Shown here piece after piece: positions 13,715 to 27,218 of a stretch of 64,000 nucleotides of DNA (positions are counted from its first letter, which is position 1; each line of letters opens with the position of its first letter). Below the pieces are notes generated by a model. The model was not told the DNA's origin, did not search any database, and saw only the letters and a list, made by a program, of their open reading frames with translations. Made by a program: the position numbers and the translations under genes. Origin of the DNA: Lama glama (lineage: Eukaryota); assembly GCA_028534125.1 (NCBI GenBank), contig CM052817.1, positions 27,032,001 to 27,096,000 on the forward strand. The letters are read 5' to 3'.

Positions 13715-13920
13715 GATCTGGGGTTGAGAGAAATGGGTTCCAATCCTGATTGCATCACTTATTATCTTGATAAGTGACCTTGAGACTGACTCATCATTTA
13801 ACTTTGAGTCCACTTCCTCCTCTGTAAAATAGGGGCCATGACGCCTACCTTCTGGAAGGATGTGGGGACTAGGAACTGTGTGCTCAAGAACCGCAGCACA
13901 GTGCCCAGCACTCAGCGAGG
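13715..13920 (+). mobile_element. MIR
   Basis: gggttccaatcct...gtgaccttgag...ttcctcctctgtaaaatagggg...cagcacagtgcccagcac. Confidence 0.65.
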
Positions 13921-14569
13921 GGCTGTTTTCATTGTTCTTTCACACCTGAGGCATCTGCCTGAGGGCTCCACAATGTTCTGTTTAGGCAAGCTGGTCTAAA
14001 GCGAGTATTTCCCAGACCATGAAGCGGTCTGTTCCGCGCTGCAAGAGCTCCCGCAAAAAAGTCCCCCTCAAATGACCACCAAACTAGCACCAGGCTTGTT
14101 CAAGCTGCGAGCCCAACAGCCCTTGGGAACTGTGTTCTGCTCCCACCCCCCACCCCAGAGTACAGACGAAATGAAAGCTGCTCTCCCCAGGCCTTCTCAA
14201 AGGACCAGTCACCCTTGAAGCGCTAAGTCTAGCATTTTAGCTATAGTGAAAGCAGCCAAAGAATTGACCCCCAAATTGCCACCCCTGGAGCAAGCTAACC
14301 CTTGCATAATGAGTAGGGGTGTGGATGGAGCAAATACGAGAGGCGGGCTTGTAAATCTGCTCCACTGCCCTCATCCCCACCTGCCAGGACACACAACTGC
14401 TCCGAGTAGGAGTCCTCTTGATATCTGGACCCAGCCAGGATGTGCCAAGAAATAACACAATAGAGAAAGAAGCTGCTAGTTCTTAGCAAATTCATGGCCC
14501 ACAGGTAAGAGCTACATACTCCGAGCCCATTTCCAAGGTTATTCTAACTGTGATTAAGAGAAGAGGGTC

Positions 14570-14760
14570 ACACAAGGGACAGGGCACTGACTCCAAAACC
14601 AGGTCACCTGGGCTCAACACCTGGCTCCATCCCATACTAGCTGTGTGACCTTGGACATGTCATGTTGAAGGGACATAATGACAGCACGTAACTCACAGGG
14701 CTGTTGAGAGAACTGGACTGATACATGTAAAAGCACTGTTGGTTAGCGGTTATTACCATG
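14570..14760 (+). mobile_element. MIR
   Basis: ctgggctcaacacctggctcc...tactagctgtgtgaccttggac...atacatgtaaaagcact. Confidence 0.7.
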
Positions 14761-15849
14761 AAGCATTCACTCAATTCTCATTAACAGATTAGAGGAGTGC
14801 TGAATCCCTAAGAGGCGAGGCCCAAACTAAAGTTCTTTAAATTGAATTGTGTTTTAGACACACAAGAAAGTCACTCTGGTTTTTCTAAAGCGGTGGCTCT
14901 AAGCCAGGTGGCATCAGGAGCACCTAGGAAGCTTTTCCAAAAGGTACATGTCTGGGCAGTAGGTCTGGCTTAGAGCCCAGAAAGTGTATTTTGACAAACA
15001 ATGTCGCTCTCACGCCCACCTGGAGGCAAGACACATTGACTGAAAGCAAGTCCCAACTCCACCAGACCAGCCTTTCTTGGCAGGGTGGGCATGGTTCAGG
15101 GTGTTTCAAGGGTACCGCTGCCCACAAAAATGCCTCTGCAATCTGTGTGCTGCTGCCTGAAATTCCTTTAGCAGAAGCTTCCCACTGCACAAATCAAAAC
15201 ATATTTTAAACTAGAAAAGGAATGAACCCGAGTTGCGCATCTACAGCGGGTCAGGCTCTTTGTATAAATGTCCTGCTCCTCAAGATCATCTCACAGCACA
15301 GCTCCTACACAAGGGAGGAAACTGAGGGCCAGAGAGTTTCTGGAGCAGAGCCAAGAAGGTTCTGCAGTAGAGCGGGGATGGCTGCCCACTGCACCACACT
15401 GCCTCCTGGCCTACCACCTGCACTCAGGAGCCCCAGACATGGCTCTAAATCAAGGACAATGAAATTGGGCTGAGGGAGGAGCTCCAGCAACATATCCCAC
15501 CCCACCCTCAGGTCTTCTCAGGTGGTACTGAACCAAGAATGAGTGGAGTTTAAAGATGCAGAAAGGATTTCTCCATTCCCCCTCACCTCCTCCTCCAGGA
15601 GAGGATGTTAGGGCTCACCTCAAACCCACCAAGCCTTAATGCTACGTCTACACAACAAATGTATTAGCCTTAAATTTCTCCATCTATCTCTCTTTTTCTT
15701 CTAGATGAAAGGAAAGAACAGATAAATTAATGGAAATAAACAGATAAAAGTGGAGAAATGACCTAATATACCTAAAAAAAAAAAACTACTACACTATGAA
15801 GCTTAAATAAGATCACAATATCCACAGTAATATTAGCTAATATTTGTTA

Positions 15850-16030
15850 AATTTAATCAGTACCAAGAACACATCACCTCCTGACAACCCCTAGGGATTT
15901 CCATTTTTTCAGATAAGAAAACTGAAGTAAGAAAAGGTAAAAATAACTTGTCCAAAGACCCACAGTTTGTGAACAGAAATTCAAACCCAGGATAAAATCT
16001 GGTCTTCTCAACTCCTAGGTCTAGTGTGTT
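15850..16030 (-). mobile_element. MIR
   Basis: ccattttttcagataagaaaactgaag...taacttgtccaaagacccacag...ttcaaacccagg. Confidence 0.65.
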
Positions 16031-18333
16031 ATTTTCTCTATAAAATCGCTATGTGATCTGCCAAGCCTTATAGAGATATTACTTTCCTTGTCATTTAGAA
16101 AATTTCCATGAGCTGTAAAGTGACTCAAAGCTGCAGAGAAAGCAAAGGGATGTGGATAATCTATAAACTGGAATCTCATCCCTGGAATAAATAAGAGAAG
16201 CTTGTAAACCTATTTTCAGCCTAATGAACAGAAAATAAATAGAAGCATCCAAAGAACACGAAGGCAATCAAGAAACAACACGAAGGAGGAGAGCCACAGG
16301 CTTAAGAGCGAAGAAGGAAAAAAAAGAAACCACAGGATGCTGCTTTGTGGGCGCAGGAGAAACAATGCTGTTTTTAGGAAACATCAGGAGGGGGAGGTGA
16401 CTCAGGTGACTGGGAGACAAGGACCCCAGGCCCTGAGCAAGATGGCCATAAGGAACAGATGGGGCCTCCCAGGTGCTGCCGGCCTGGATCGGAGGACGAG
16501 GGCTGAGCTCACCAGGCCTTAGAAAGGAAATGATGAAGTCCTGCTGCTTAAGCAGTTAGTCAGAGAGCCGAGTAACACCATGCTTCCTCCATCTCCCCTC
16601 CCTGCAAATGCTAGGGCCTTACCAGCCTTCCCTTCCCAACAGAGACGAAGATCTTTAATACTCGATGGACCCAGAGAGACAGGGAGAACTCTCTCCACAC
16701 TGTACCCTGGTCATCAATGAGGATGCCAAAGCAGACCTTGGAAGTGGAACATGGCCACAGAAACAACCAGCCACCAGGTGACCGGATTCCAGATGTGGCT
16801 CCAGGGATAAGACTTCCCAGCTAATGACAGGATGCCTCTTTGCTCTTTGCCTGAAATTCAATCAACTCAAACTGACAACGCATATTACAGGATACTGCCA
16901 GTTTCCCTGGGGAAAAGGAGGTGACAAGTTTGGAAGGAGGATCTGGCAAATACACAATGAAGTTAAACCAGGACCTTCACAGACATGGCTCCTTGATTCC
17001 AGACTCTTTCTCCCTGAGCGCAGGCCCCAAGTCTCTCTCAAAAGAGCAGCATTCCAGGTGACCAGAGGCAATGAGGACCCAGCTAGTGAACTCCTTTACT
17101 CGGCAGAGTCTGGGAGGCCCAGAAGCATTGAATGGGTGACTCCAGGTCATACAGGGACTTGGAGAGTGAGCCAGACCAGAAACCTGAGCCTCCCACATGC
17201 CAGTTTCGTGTCAATTCTTGAAAAACAAGATTCATGTCTTATCTCTTGTTTTGTTTCATGCCTTTTATTATGGAAGCTTTCAAACACATAAAAAACTAGA
17301 AAGAATGAATGGAGCCCCAAACACCCATTACCCAGCTTCAGCAATCATCAGCTCCCGGGCAATCCTGCCTGCTCTGTGTACTGAATATATTCTCTAATGT
17401 TTCAAAGACAGGAATCAAAGGAGGAAGAAAATTAACTCTAAAGTCAAGTCCTAAAGGGCTCTGTATTTATATCTTTCTAGCGATAAAATGTAAGCAAGTG
17501 TTTAAATCACAACTTCAATCTCTGAATTCACAACCGATTTTGAATGTACACACAAATTATAATCAGTACTTTAGGGCTACAAATTGCCAAGACACTGACA
17601 CAGGGCACAAGAGAAGCCTCCTTTGATTTAGAGATGATTTCAAGACATATAATTTCCCTTTATCTAATTAGAGGACACAATAATTTCTCCTTGTACCAGA
17701 CAGCATAAACCCAATCAAGTGCTTAATAGATATTTTCTGTGAGGATAAATTCCTTGTAAAAAACAAACCAAAAAAACCTATAATTTATAAGGTTTAATGT
17801 AAGCACAGAGAGTAAACTCCAGATGTTTTTAGAACCAAGAGAAAGTTCTAACTTAGGGGTTGATTCTTTTCACTTAGGGATAATTCTAACGATCCCTTAA
17901 AACGTGTAATTTTTTTAGAGAACGAGATTAAATCCAGGTGTTTAAGTACACATCAAGGTTAACACAATACTCACCTTCTGGGCGTAATTCTGGATTTTCA
18001 TTTTTCTTTTTGAGTTTTATTTTACAAAGGATTTTAAGTGGATATATTTTCCCTTCAGCCCCTTTTTCAAAAAAGTTCCCCCATCAGAATAATAAACCAT
18101 TTCCTTAAACCATTAAATCTCACATACTTCCCTCATGAAAATATCAAGTATTTTGTATTTTACTTGACCATTTGAGATGTCTGCAACACACCCATGTAGG
18201 GGAAGACAGTTTGAGATTTAGAATCCAAAAAACCCCAGATGTGCGGGTTCTAGCTGTGTAACACTGGGCAAATTGCTTACCTACTTCCTCACTGTACACT
18301 AGGGTCATATTAGTACCTGCCCCTCGGGAATGC

Positions 18334-19085
18334 TGTCAGAACTATCTCCAGTTCTCTGATCCTCCAACATCAAGCAAGTGTCCTATAATTTAGTTCGGAT
18401 ACCAACTACCTGGAGGGAGCATCCGACCCATAGGTATAAGGGTTCAGTCCTACACAACCATCCCACTTCAGACACCAGTCATAGGTACCAGGTCCCCAGG
18501 TTACCTGTATTTCTGTCTGATTTAGCTCCACATTCAGGGGTTCCCACAACCCCCACCCTCTTAGGTTCACTAGAACAACAGCTCACAGAACTCAGGAAAG
18601 CACTTTATCTACCATTAAGGGTTTATCACAAAGGATAAAACTCAGGAACAGCCATACGGAAGAGCTGCACAGGGCAAGGTATGTGGGGCGGAGGTGCACA
18701 GAGCTTCCACGTCCTGTCTGGGTGCCACCCTCTTGGCATCACACAGTGTTCACCAACCCAGTCGTTTGGAGGTTTTATGTAGGTTTCATTACCTAAACAT
18801 GATTGATAAAATCATTGGCCACTGGTAACTGAATTCAATCTCCAAACTCCCCAACCCCAAGCCCAGGGTAAGGCTGAAAGCTCCAACCACTTAATCCTGA
18901 CTTGGTGTCTCTGGTGATCAGCCCTAATTCTGAAGCTACTTTCACAATGCCTTCTCAGCCCCAAGGCAGGAGTCATCTCATTAGTACACAAAAGATACTC
19001 TTATCACTCAGGGATTCCAGTGGTTTTAGGAGCTCTGCCAAGAACCTGGGACAAAGACCAAACATTTCTTTTCTGTTACACCACA
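18334..19085. mobile_element. MER21-like LTR (ERVL class) abutting a MIR fragment at ~18200-18333
   Basis: Diagnostic segments cccacttcagacaccagtc, ctcacagaactcaggaaagcacttta, aaatcattggccactggt and ggttttaggagctctg; ends ...ccaca. Confidence 0.78.
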
Positions 19086-21214
19086 TACTAAATGTAAATA
19101 AAAAGTGACTATAGGTGTTTTTATTAATACAAAACAGGACTGCAGCACTGCAGGTACCTCCCCAGGACTGCATGGCAGACAAATGGTTTAAGTGAGACTG
19201 CTCGCCCCCATCCCTATGTTCCTTTCTTCCTTCCAACAGCCAGTGGTTCCAGAACGGACAAACACCGTAAACGAGGAGCCAAGGGCATTCTCCAGACCGC
19301 AGTGAAGGGCTCCGAGTTCATCTAAGCAGTATGAAGCTCAACACTTTTGAATAACAGTTTGGAAAACTCTTTCCTTACTTGTGAACTAGGACACACATCG
19401 TTCTGGAAACTACAGGCAGCCATTTTACCAACCAGAGGAAAAACCACAGTTAAAAAAAAAAAAAAAAGCAGCTGGCAGAAGAGGCCGGTACCAAAGTAGT
19501 GTTTCTCAATAGCCTGCAACAGTCTACAGTGAGGTCAGGACGGAAATAAGCATGTTTAGAAACATTTATGGCAACTTGGCAGAAAAATTTTACATCTGTT
19601 GAATTTAACTTTAAAAGTATGGGACTTAATTTCATTGTTCTAGTAATTCATTTGTATTTGTATCCTATTTTATGAAAGTACTAATCTGCATTGGGTTAGA
19701 TTTTTTTTTCCAAGTTCTTTTCCTCAGATAGTCTAGAGAAGCACTGGCCTAAAGATCTGAGCAGTGAAATCACAGCCTTTATCAAACCGCAGCTAAGCCG
19801 GGGGCTCACCTCTACGTTTCAGTTAGGTGACCCAACGGATACTCTCTGTTGCCTAAGCCTGTTTGAGCTGAATTTTCTGCCATTACAATGGAAACTACTC
19901 TACACCTGATACTGGAAAATGATTATCAACCCGAAGCAAGGACAAGATGGAGGTAAGACACACTGAAGATAAAGATATGGAGAATTCTAATCATTACATG
20001 AAACTAAAGAAGAAAATATCCATTCAAGGATGTATAACTGGATAAAGGCTTCCACAGCCCTGCAATTAAATGGCCACCTTGATGGGTTTCCTTCCTTTAA
20101 ACAGTGAATCCATGCAAACATTTCATTGTGTCACCCATTTCAGCAACTGCTAATTTTGAGCCAAATGAATTATCTTTAAGCAAATGTCACACACAGTGGG
20201 GAGTGATTTCATTTTCCTAAACTGTTGTCAAAGCTTTGCATACTGAAGCTTCCAAAAAGGAGAATTGGAAAAATGACAATTTAGAGGTGGGAAAGAAACA
20301 CGAGTTATTTCAAAGCAGCAGCCTGTGATAACGGTGAAATCCTTCTTCTAAAGTGCCTCCATCTAACACTTTCCAAGTTACAATCATTTCAACCACTGGC
20401 TTTCATTGTACTTATGCTAAAATTTAGCTGATTTATTTTTATAGTATTTTACCAGCTTGAAAAGCCAAAAATGAATGGGGGGTGGAAAAGAAAATATTAC
20501 TGGAGGTTTAAAAAAATAAAGATAAAACTAGAAATGGAAGGAATTAAAGAAAGAATGAAGAATGAACTTTAAGAAAAATGTTGACTAGTTTTAGTTTAGC
20601 TTTAGTTTTACTAATATGAAACAATCCTAAAACAGAATGAAGTTTCTCTAAGTCAAAAGTCCATGTATAATAGGTGAGGCGAGCAGGTTATGGGGGGAAG
20701 TACTCACTCCCATAATCGGTTCAAGGCCAGGGAAGTCCCAAATCCCTTAACAAGATGGTACAGTCCCTGGAGTGAGACAGTTAGGGAGGAGAGAGTCACA
20801 GCCTCCTCCAAAGCTTCCTTAACTGTGGCTCCAAAGACATTTTCCCCAGGACTCTAAGATTTAGAAACTTTTTATTTTTTTTCTACTTTTTTATATTTCT
20901 AAAAATTAATATTTAATAATGTAAGAACATTTTAGGTCAGTCAAATGCCAACCTTCTTACAGCCCAGTAATCTGAATTCCTAAATGGCATTTGTAAGCAT
21001 GCTGGTATCAAGATCACTTAAAATTAGGTCATTTAACTCTCTTTAGCATTTCTCAAGCTGTGGTGCTCCTAGACATAGTCTCAGGGGTCAACATTATCCC
21101 AACTTTGAGAAACTGGAGCTAGTTAATTCTATCATATCCACTTGGAAGGAAGACTGAATAAATTTTACAGTTAAAAACAGAGAGGAATAATGTGAAGTCC
21201 TGAGAATCACACAA

Positions 21215-21655
21215 GATCACTCCCATAATATTCTTAACAAAAATGCATAACCTTCATTCAGGATCACGAGGAAACAATGAACAAACCTACGCTGAGGGTC
21301 ACTCTACATAAGAGCTGGTCAGTACTCTTCAGAGTGTGAAGGTTATGAAAGACAAAGAAAGGCTGAAGCACTGTTCCGTATTAAGATGACTAAGGCACTA
21401 TGACACTGAATGTAACATGTAATCCTGGACTGGATCCTAGACCAGAAAAAGAACATGGGACATTAACAGGCAAAATTTAAATAAGGTCCTTACATGACAG
21501 TATTAAATCAATGTTTATTCCCTGATTTTGATCACTATACAGTGATTGTGTAAGATATTAACATTTAGAAAATCAAGATGAAGAATGTAAAGGAATTCTT
21601 TGTACTTTTTGCTATTCTTTTTGAAAATCTTAAATTATTTCAAAGTTAAAAATAT
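21215..21655 (+). mobile_element. L1MC-like 3' end
   Basis: gaaagacaaagaaaggctgaagcactgttcc, atcctggactggatcctagaccagaaaaag, ggaattctttgtactttttgc...aaattatttcaaa. Confidence 0.78.
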
Positions 21656-22419
21656 TTTTAAAATATATTAAATAGACAAGGAAGGGTTTGAACTAACAAA
21701 AAGAAATCCAAACAGCAAATACAATGTCTATTAACGTCCAGTGGACTACAGGATCTGGTCTCCTCTGGAGATGGCACTCATGGGGATATGACCAATGCAT
21801 GACATCAGATTCCCATTTGGCTTCTTGGGTAGGGTTCCCTCCAGAACTCAGGTCTAGACCCACTTCTAGCTCTAGTCTTCATTCTAACATTAACATCTGA
21901 TATTTTAGTTTACATGAATCTCTTGTGATTTGGGTTGACAAGAACCTGACATCCAGAGTCCAATACTTTGTAGGTGTGCTGAGAAAAGAACTGATTTTCC
22001 AGGCTATCAAAGCTGAAAACCAGCCTCCAGACTATGGTGATGCAGAGCTATCTGCCCTGTGGGCGGTGCCTGACAACCATTCTGCAAGCCTGTAACACTC
22101 ACAGATTATTGCTGTTTTACAGTTTCTTGCAAAGATGCGGAGTTTCCAACAAAAAGAATGTACTCGAGGTACAGTCACCTTGTAAAGCAGAGGAAGGTGT
22201 CAACAGCAAACTTTGAATCCTGTTGAATAAACAGGGTTATAGAGGACAAAAATAGCCAAGGGCCGAGAACCAAACTCATACACAACTCAGCAAAGGTTTA
22301 GCAGACTGTTTGTTTGAACTGAATAGCCCTTTTATAAGGCTCCCTTAGGACTTACACCCACAGTGGCCCAGAATGTTCCTTGGGAAAAGTGATTCTATCC
22401 ACAACTTTCCCCAACCTAC

Positions 22420-22635
22420 AACTCTTACGTAGTTTTCCATTACACTTGAAATAAGGACCAAAATCCTGGTGGTAGCCTGGTGTCCTGGACCCTGTCTGCA
22501 GCTCCAACCCTCAAGGGCCCTCCCCCTCGCATGTGACAGACCTTGAGTCAGCCTTCATCGTCACTCCAAAGACTCTCTGCAAATTTGCAAATTGTGCTCT
22601 TTGTCTAGAATGTCTTCCCACCCCTCACCCCAACA

Positions 22636-22666
<31 letters not shown>

Positions 22667-22960
22667 TATTCACCCTAGCTAACTTCCACTCCTCAATATT
22701 ATTCAGGTTTCAGCTTAAATATCACTTAATCAGGAAGGCTTTCCCTGATCAACCTTGAGGACTAGGTGAGTGCCCTGTTTCAGGGTGTTCTCACAGCACC
22801 CTATGGTTTCTCCTATTAGAACCTACACCATTTCTAATTATATATTTATAAGTCTCTCCTGATTAGATGAGGAGCATCCAGAGGGCAGGGATGAAGTCTA
22901 GTTTGCAAACCACCACTTGCCAATGTCTAGCACAGACTCCGCACTTCAGACACTGGGGTA
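22420..22960 (+). mobile_element. L2 fragment with embedded (CA)n
   Basis: ggtttcagcttaaatatcact..caggaaggctttccctga, gagggcagggatgaagtct, tctagcacag. Confidence 0.6.
22632..22666. repeat. (CA)n microsatellite, interrupted
   Basis: aacacacacaccacacacacacacacacacacaca. Confidence 0.9.
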
Positions 22961-23943
22961 AATGATCCTGCCCAAGCCCTCGGCTTCTTTCAGGGATTAA
23001 ATGAAGAACAGTGTGTCAAGCATGTGGATACCATAAGCACTGATTAGGTGACAGCTATTAGAATTACGTCAAAATGCCTTTCCTCTAAATGTGTTTCAAA
23101 TTTACCACTGCTTTTTCTTTCACCTGGTGGTGGGGAAAAAAGCCTAGCAAAAGATGCCAAGTTGTCGTTTTTTTAAAAGATACTTTGTCAAGTCAGCTCA
23201 TTTTAGGATACTGAAAAACATCAAATTGCAAGGTATACTGTGAAGAAAGGAAATGCTTCTAAAATTAACATACTACACTTTTTTTCACTCTGAGATAAAT
23301 CTACACTCATCATCAGTATATTCTCACTCCCCTCTGCAGCCTTCATTGTTGCCTTCTCTTTCAAAATCCTGGTTATTACTACTACAAAGACACTCACTCC
23401 CTTTTCAGACACCAAAGACTCTACTGATAACTTTCATGAAAGTGAGTTTTAACTATGGCCAAAATTTCGTTTGCTTTAAAAACACAAAAAACTTGCTTCC
23501 ATCTCAACTATAATAAAAGTAGGATAAATCACAGCTATCCCGAAGCAGTCCTTGTTCATAGGAGGATTTAAAATCATTTACAATTGTAATTGAATGAAAA
23601 GATAAAAATGGGGGATAGAAACACCCAAAGTGATCATTTTTTCAAGAGAGGTTTCACTATAATAACAGCTAAATTCTCCTGGGCCCAAGCAATATACTCA
23701 GGCAAAGGAAAGAAGGAACAAACACTGGGATTTCTAGGGGATAACTGGACAGATTCCCATTGACCAGAAGAGAAATGAGAATTCAAGAGCATGTTGTTTC
23801 CTTAGAGGAAAACTACACTTTAAAGAACTTGGCTCTAGAAAATGTCTCCACTGAAATGGCTGCTTTCCTTATCAGACTATACACAGTAATACCCAGCAGC
23901 TGCATGCAAAGCCCACTCGGTTATTCAAAGATGGGCAAAGATG

Positions 23944-24481
23944 TGGAGGGGAGGAAAGACTTTCCTTCTACCCTCCTAGGTTTAATAAATACATATTTAA
24001 TAATAAATATGACATAAACTGGGAACAGGCAGATTAACAGAAGAAAAGGTATACAAATTTATTAATTTTTAATATTATACACATAGGGAGACCAGAGGAA
24101 AAATACAGTTCCCAAAAAAGCAGTGAGATTTGAGAGCTTATATACCATCTTAATACAGGAAGGGGAGGGAGGGATGTCAGCCTCTCAGGGGAGAGTAAAT
24201 GATTTTTAAGAAAGAAGAATGGACCCTTAGATTAGATGGGAGATATGACAGTTTGTTATGGAGTCTGTCTGGGTGTGGCTTGCATGCGTGAAGAGGCATC
24301 TTCACTGGCTGATGAAACTTCCCGGGAGGGGATTTATGACAATTGAGTTCCTTTTGAAGGATTTGTCTTTAGGTAGATAAGGGGAGTTTCGAGAAAGTCT
24401 CTTACTGCATTTGCTGCTTTTCAAGCGCCTTCCATTTAAAACAATCAAAATAGCACAGGTGGCATGTCTAGAAGTCCCTCA
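23944..24481 (-). mobile_element. Solo LTR, ERV1 class (MER34-like)
   Basis: Termini TGGAGGG...CCCTCA flanked by a 4-bp TSD GATG (23940-23943 and 24482-24485). Internal cagattaacagaagaaaaggtatacaaatttatt motif. Confidence 0.78.
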
Positions 24482-24739
24482 GATGAAAGCATGAGCCCTA
24501 TGCTCAGTCATGCGATAAACAGATTCATAGCACATACATACATCTGATACTTTGAATCTCATGAAAGCTAAGAACCTTCCCAGGGGGAAAACGTTTATAC
24601 AGAAGAAGCTCTCTTAACTGATCTCCCCTTTAACCAACTTGCCAGGTTAACCAGCACATCCCATTCCATCTATAGAGCATAATAACTAATGTTTCAGAAC
24701 ATCAGCAGCTCACAACTAGTAGGAGATGCTACCTGGGCC

Positions 24740-25820
24740 CAGGGCTCCTCCAAGTGTGGTCCAGAGATATAGATGCCAGTCTGCAAACCGTTTGTAACCA
24801 GCTGTCCAGGAAATGGAGAGTGAGCGTTTAGAAACATCGGTAGCCATCAGACACGGCTGTCACAACCAAGTGCATGAACAGCAGACTCATCTCAGTGACC
24901 CGTTCTGGTAGTTAGTGTTCACCTTGTGAGGTGAGCCATATGTGGTACCAGCTGCCTACCAGTTAAGAGCTTTGGAACCAGGTGATCACAAGCAATAGTT
25001 TAAGGTTACTTTGTCAACTGTAATGCACATGTATTAAAATCTGAATTCTCTTTTTTTTCATCAAAAGATCATTTAAATTTGACCATAAATTTAAAGAACA
25101 AGTTGGAATTGGCTACTGAGGAAGAACTGAAGGTAAATTTTGACACTAGAGAATCACTTGCTTCATTTTGGAGAAAAGTAAAAAAAAAAAAAAAAAATGA
25201 AGATCTTAAGCTTGCTGAAATTGCTTTCTCTTTTTCCGTACTCATCAACATCCCTCTACAAGGCCAGTTCTTCTACCAAGAGTGTTATTAAAACAAAACC
25301 ATAACCAGTTTAGGTATACATTAAACATTAACCTTGGGAGTAGCTGTCACTAACCCAGCCTAGAGTAGATAGGTTAACAAGCAAGAAGCAAGTTCATTTG
25401 TGACACCAAAAATCTTAAACATTGACATACACAGAGTTTGTTAAAAGTACACATAGGATATTTAATATGGAGAATCACCATTTTACTCATAAATTTTTCA
25501 TTAGCCATAACTGGATTAACAAATTAACAAGAGTAATAGTGATTCTTTACATGAACTGCCTATATGCAAGCTTTTAAAGAACATGTATAGAACATTTTAT
25601 AGAACATGTATAGTTGTAATTTTTTTCCTTATATTTGTTCTGTTTATAGGTACTGAAAATGTAATGTTATTTGTTTCTAAAATGTTAAAAAAAATTAAGG
25701 CTTGCAATATTACATGTCTTTTTTATTTCTTTTCTTCTTTTTTAAATAAAAGTACAGGTCCATGACAGATTGAAAATAAAAAGACTAGACCTTCACCAGA
25801 CACAGGTTAATAAACAGTGA
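24740..25820 (+). mobile_element. hAT-Charlie DNA transposon fossil with transposase C-terminal remnant
   Basis: Left end cagggctcctccaagtgtggtcc. Remnant LELATEEELKVNFDTRESLASFWRKV...LAEIA and downstream VIKTK...KKQ resemble the hAT dimerisation region. Frameshifted. Confidence 0.7.
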
Positions 25821-25939
25821 TCTGCTCCCACCAATGAAGCTGTATCCTTCTCTAGGGTTAGATGTATTTACTTCTATTTATGCCAGTTATTCTCACAATT
25901 TAATTTAATTGTATATAAACACATAGTAAATTATATATA

Positions 25940-26340
25940 AACACATAAAATATGAGTTCAGAAAAAATGTTTCTATGAAAATCAAGTTGAATATCTGAAT
26001 ACTATGGAATAACTTAATAAAAGAGAAAAACTAAAATAACTGCTGTTATATTAGGGATGAAGAGGAAATGGCAAAGGATGGGGAGGCAAATCAGAAAAAT
26101 CTAGAAGGATTCGACACTTAGTTCCTATAACCCTTGAAAGCAACCCAAACTGAAAACCAGGTAGACCAGGCATCACAGGTTACAGTTTATGTGCGAAAAA
26201 CAACATGGAAACCACTTATCAGGCCCTGCCTCAGAAATTAGCAAGTGGATGTACATTTCCACGTTTGATTTTAAAATAAAATGTTTAAGATAGAAAGTAA
26301 CATTTTTTTATACTTCTCCACTTCAACTGAGCAGCTGCTG
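25940..26340 (+). mobile_element. Ancient Tigger-like transposase fragment
   Basis: Degenerate similarity to the Tigger N-terminal HTH region (gtttctatgaaaatcaagttgaat...aaaaatctagaaggattc...). Weak. Confidence 0.4.
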
Positions 26341-26835
26341 GTCATGATAATCCCAGATAAGAGAGCTTATCCTATAAACACAAAATTCTGCACAGAATAT
26401 TCAAGAGATTCTGGCCTCCTGGCTCTCTTACTGAGATATAACTGGTAGATGATAAAACAGGGACAAAAGACCTGTTATAGAAAGACTAACACCAATCACA
26501 AAAAGCATAAGGAATCCAAAAAGAGTTTCTAACCATATAATAAGAAAGTGAAACAATTTGTGAAACTGCAAAGCATATGTCTCTTTTTTAGAAACATATC
26601 CACACCCAATTTCTACAGAGACTGTGCTTTTTAGCAGTTAACAGCATTAACCAAACAAAAGCAGAGCCCTCGGGGGACTTTTTCCCGAAGGTCAAGAACA
26701 AATGCAGAATCAAAAAGTAATTATAAAAAGTCATTTATGAGACAGTACAAAACATTTTCTCTTACTATCAATACAAAAAATTGTTTTGAGCCATAAACCA
26801 AACCAATTCAAAGTCATTGGTTTAGTTTCATTCTG

Positions 26836-26971
26836 TTTGTATTTTTTTTTATTTGGGGGGGGGGGTATTAAGGTTTATTTATTTATTTATTTATAATGGA
26901 GGTACTGGGGATTAAACCAGGACCTTGCGCATGCTAAGCGTGCACTCTACCACTGAGCTATACCCTTCCCC
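26836..26971 (-). mobile_element. Camelid tRNA-Ala-derived SINE (Vic-type)
   Basis: Reverse complement reads ggggaagggtatagctcagtggtagagtgcacgcttagcatgcgcaaggtcctggtttaatccccagtacctcc plus (TAAA)n. Degenerate ~15 bp TSD (ttag..attctg). Confidence 0.88.
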
Positions 26972-27218
26972 ATTAGATTAATTCTGAATTCAGACTTTTT
27001 GTAGCATATCCATCTTGGCCCACAGCTCAGGATTAAAGTTTTTATTTAGTGTTAGGAAAAATAAGAAAAACAAATGAAAAGTACAACAGTGTGATGAGGG
27101 AAATTAACACCAGAAGTCTCTGTTAATAAAGCATTCTGGGTTGACAAAAACTAAAATTACAGGAAAAAAAGATTTTAAGATTGCAGTATTACCTAAATTG
27201 AAATAATCTGAACACAAA

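Noticed and set aside
16706-16850. Possible minus-strand cassette exon (tttcAG|GCAAAG...CAGG|GTACAG)
   Set aside because: Poor pyrimidine tract, weak donor and no supporting homology.
25079-25291. 70-aa transposase-like ORF
   Set aside because: Frameshifted fossil of a Charlie element with a poly-A slippage tract; not a domesticated gene.
25578-25613. Three tandem AGAACA(T)-containing units resembling steroid-receptor half-sites
   Set aside because: A local slippage duplication inside a transposon; the spacing does not match a palindromic response element.
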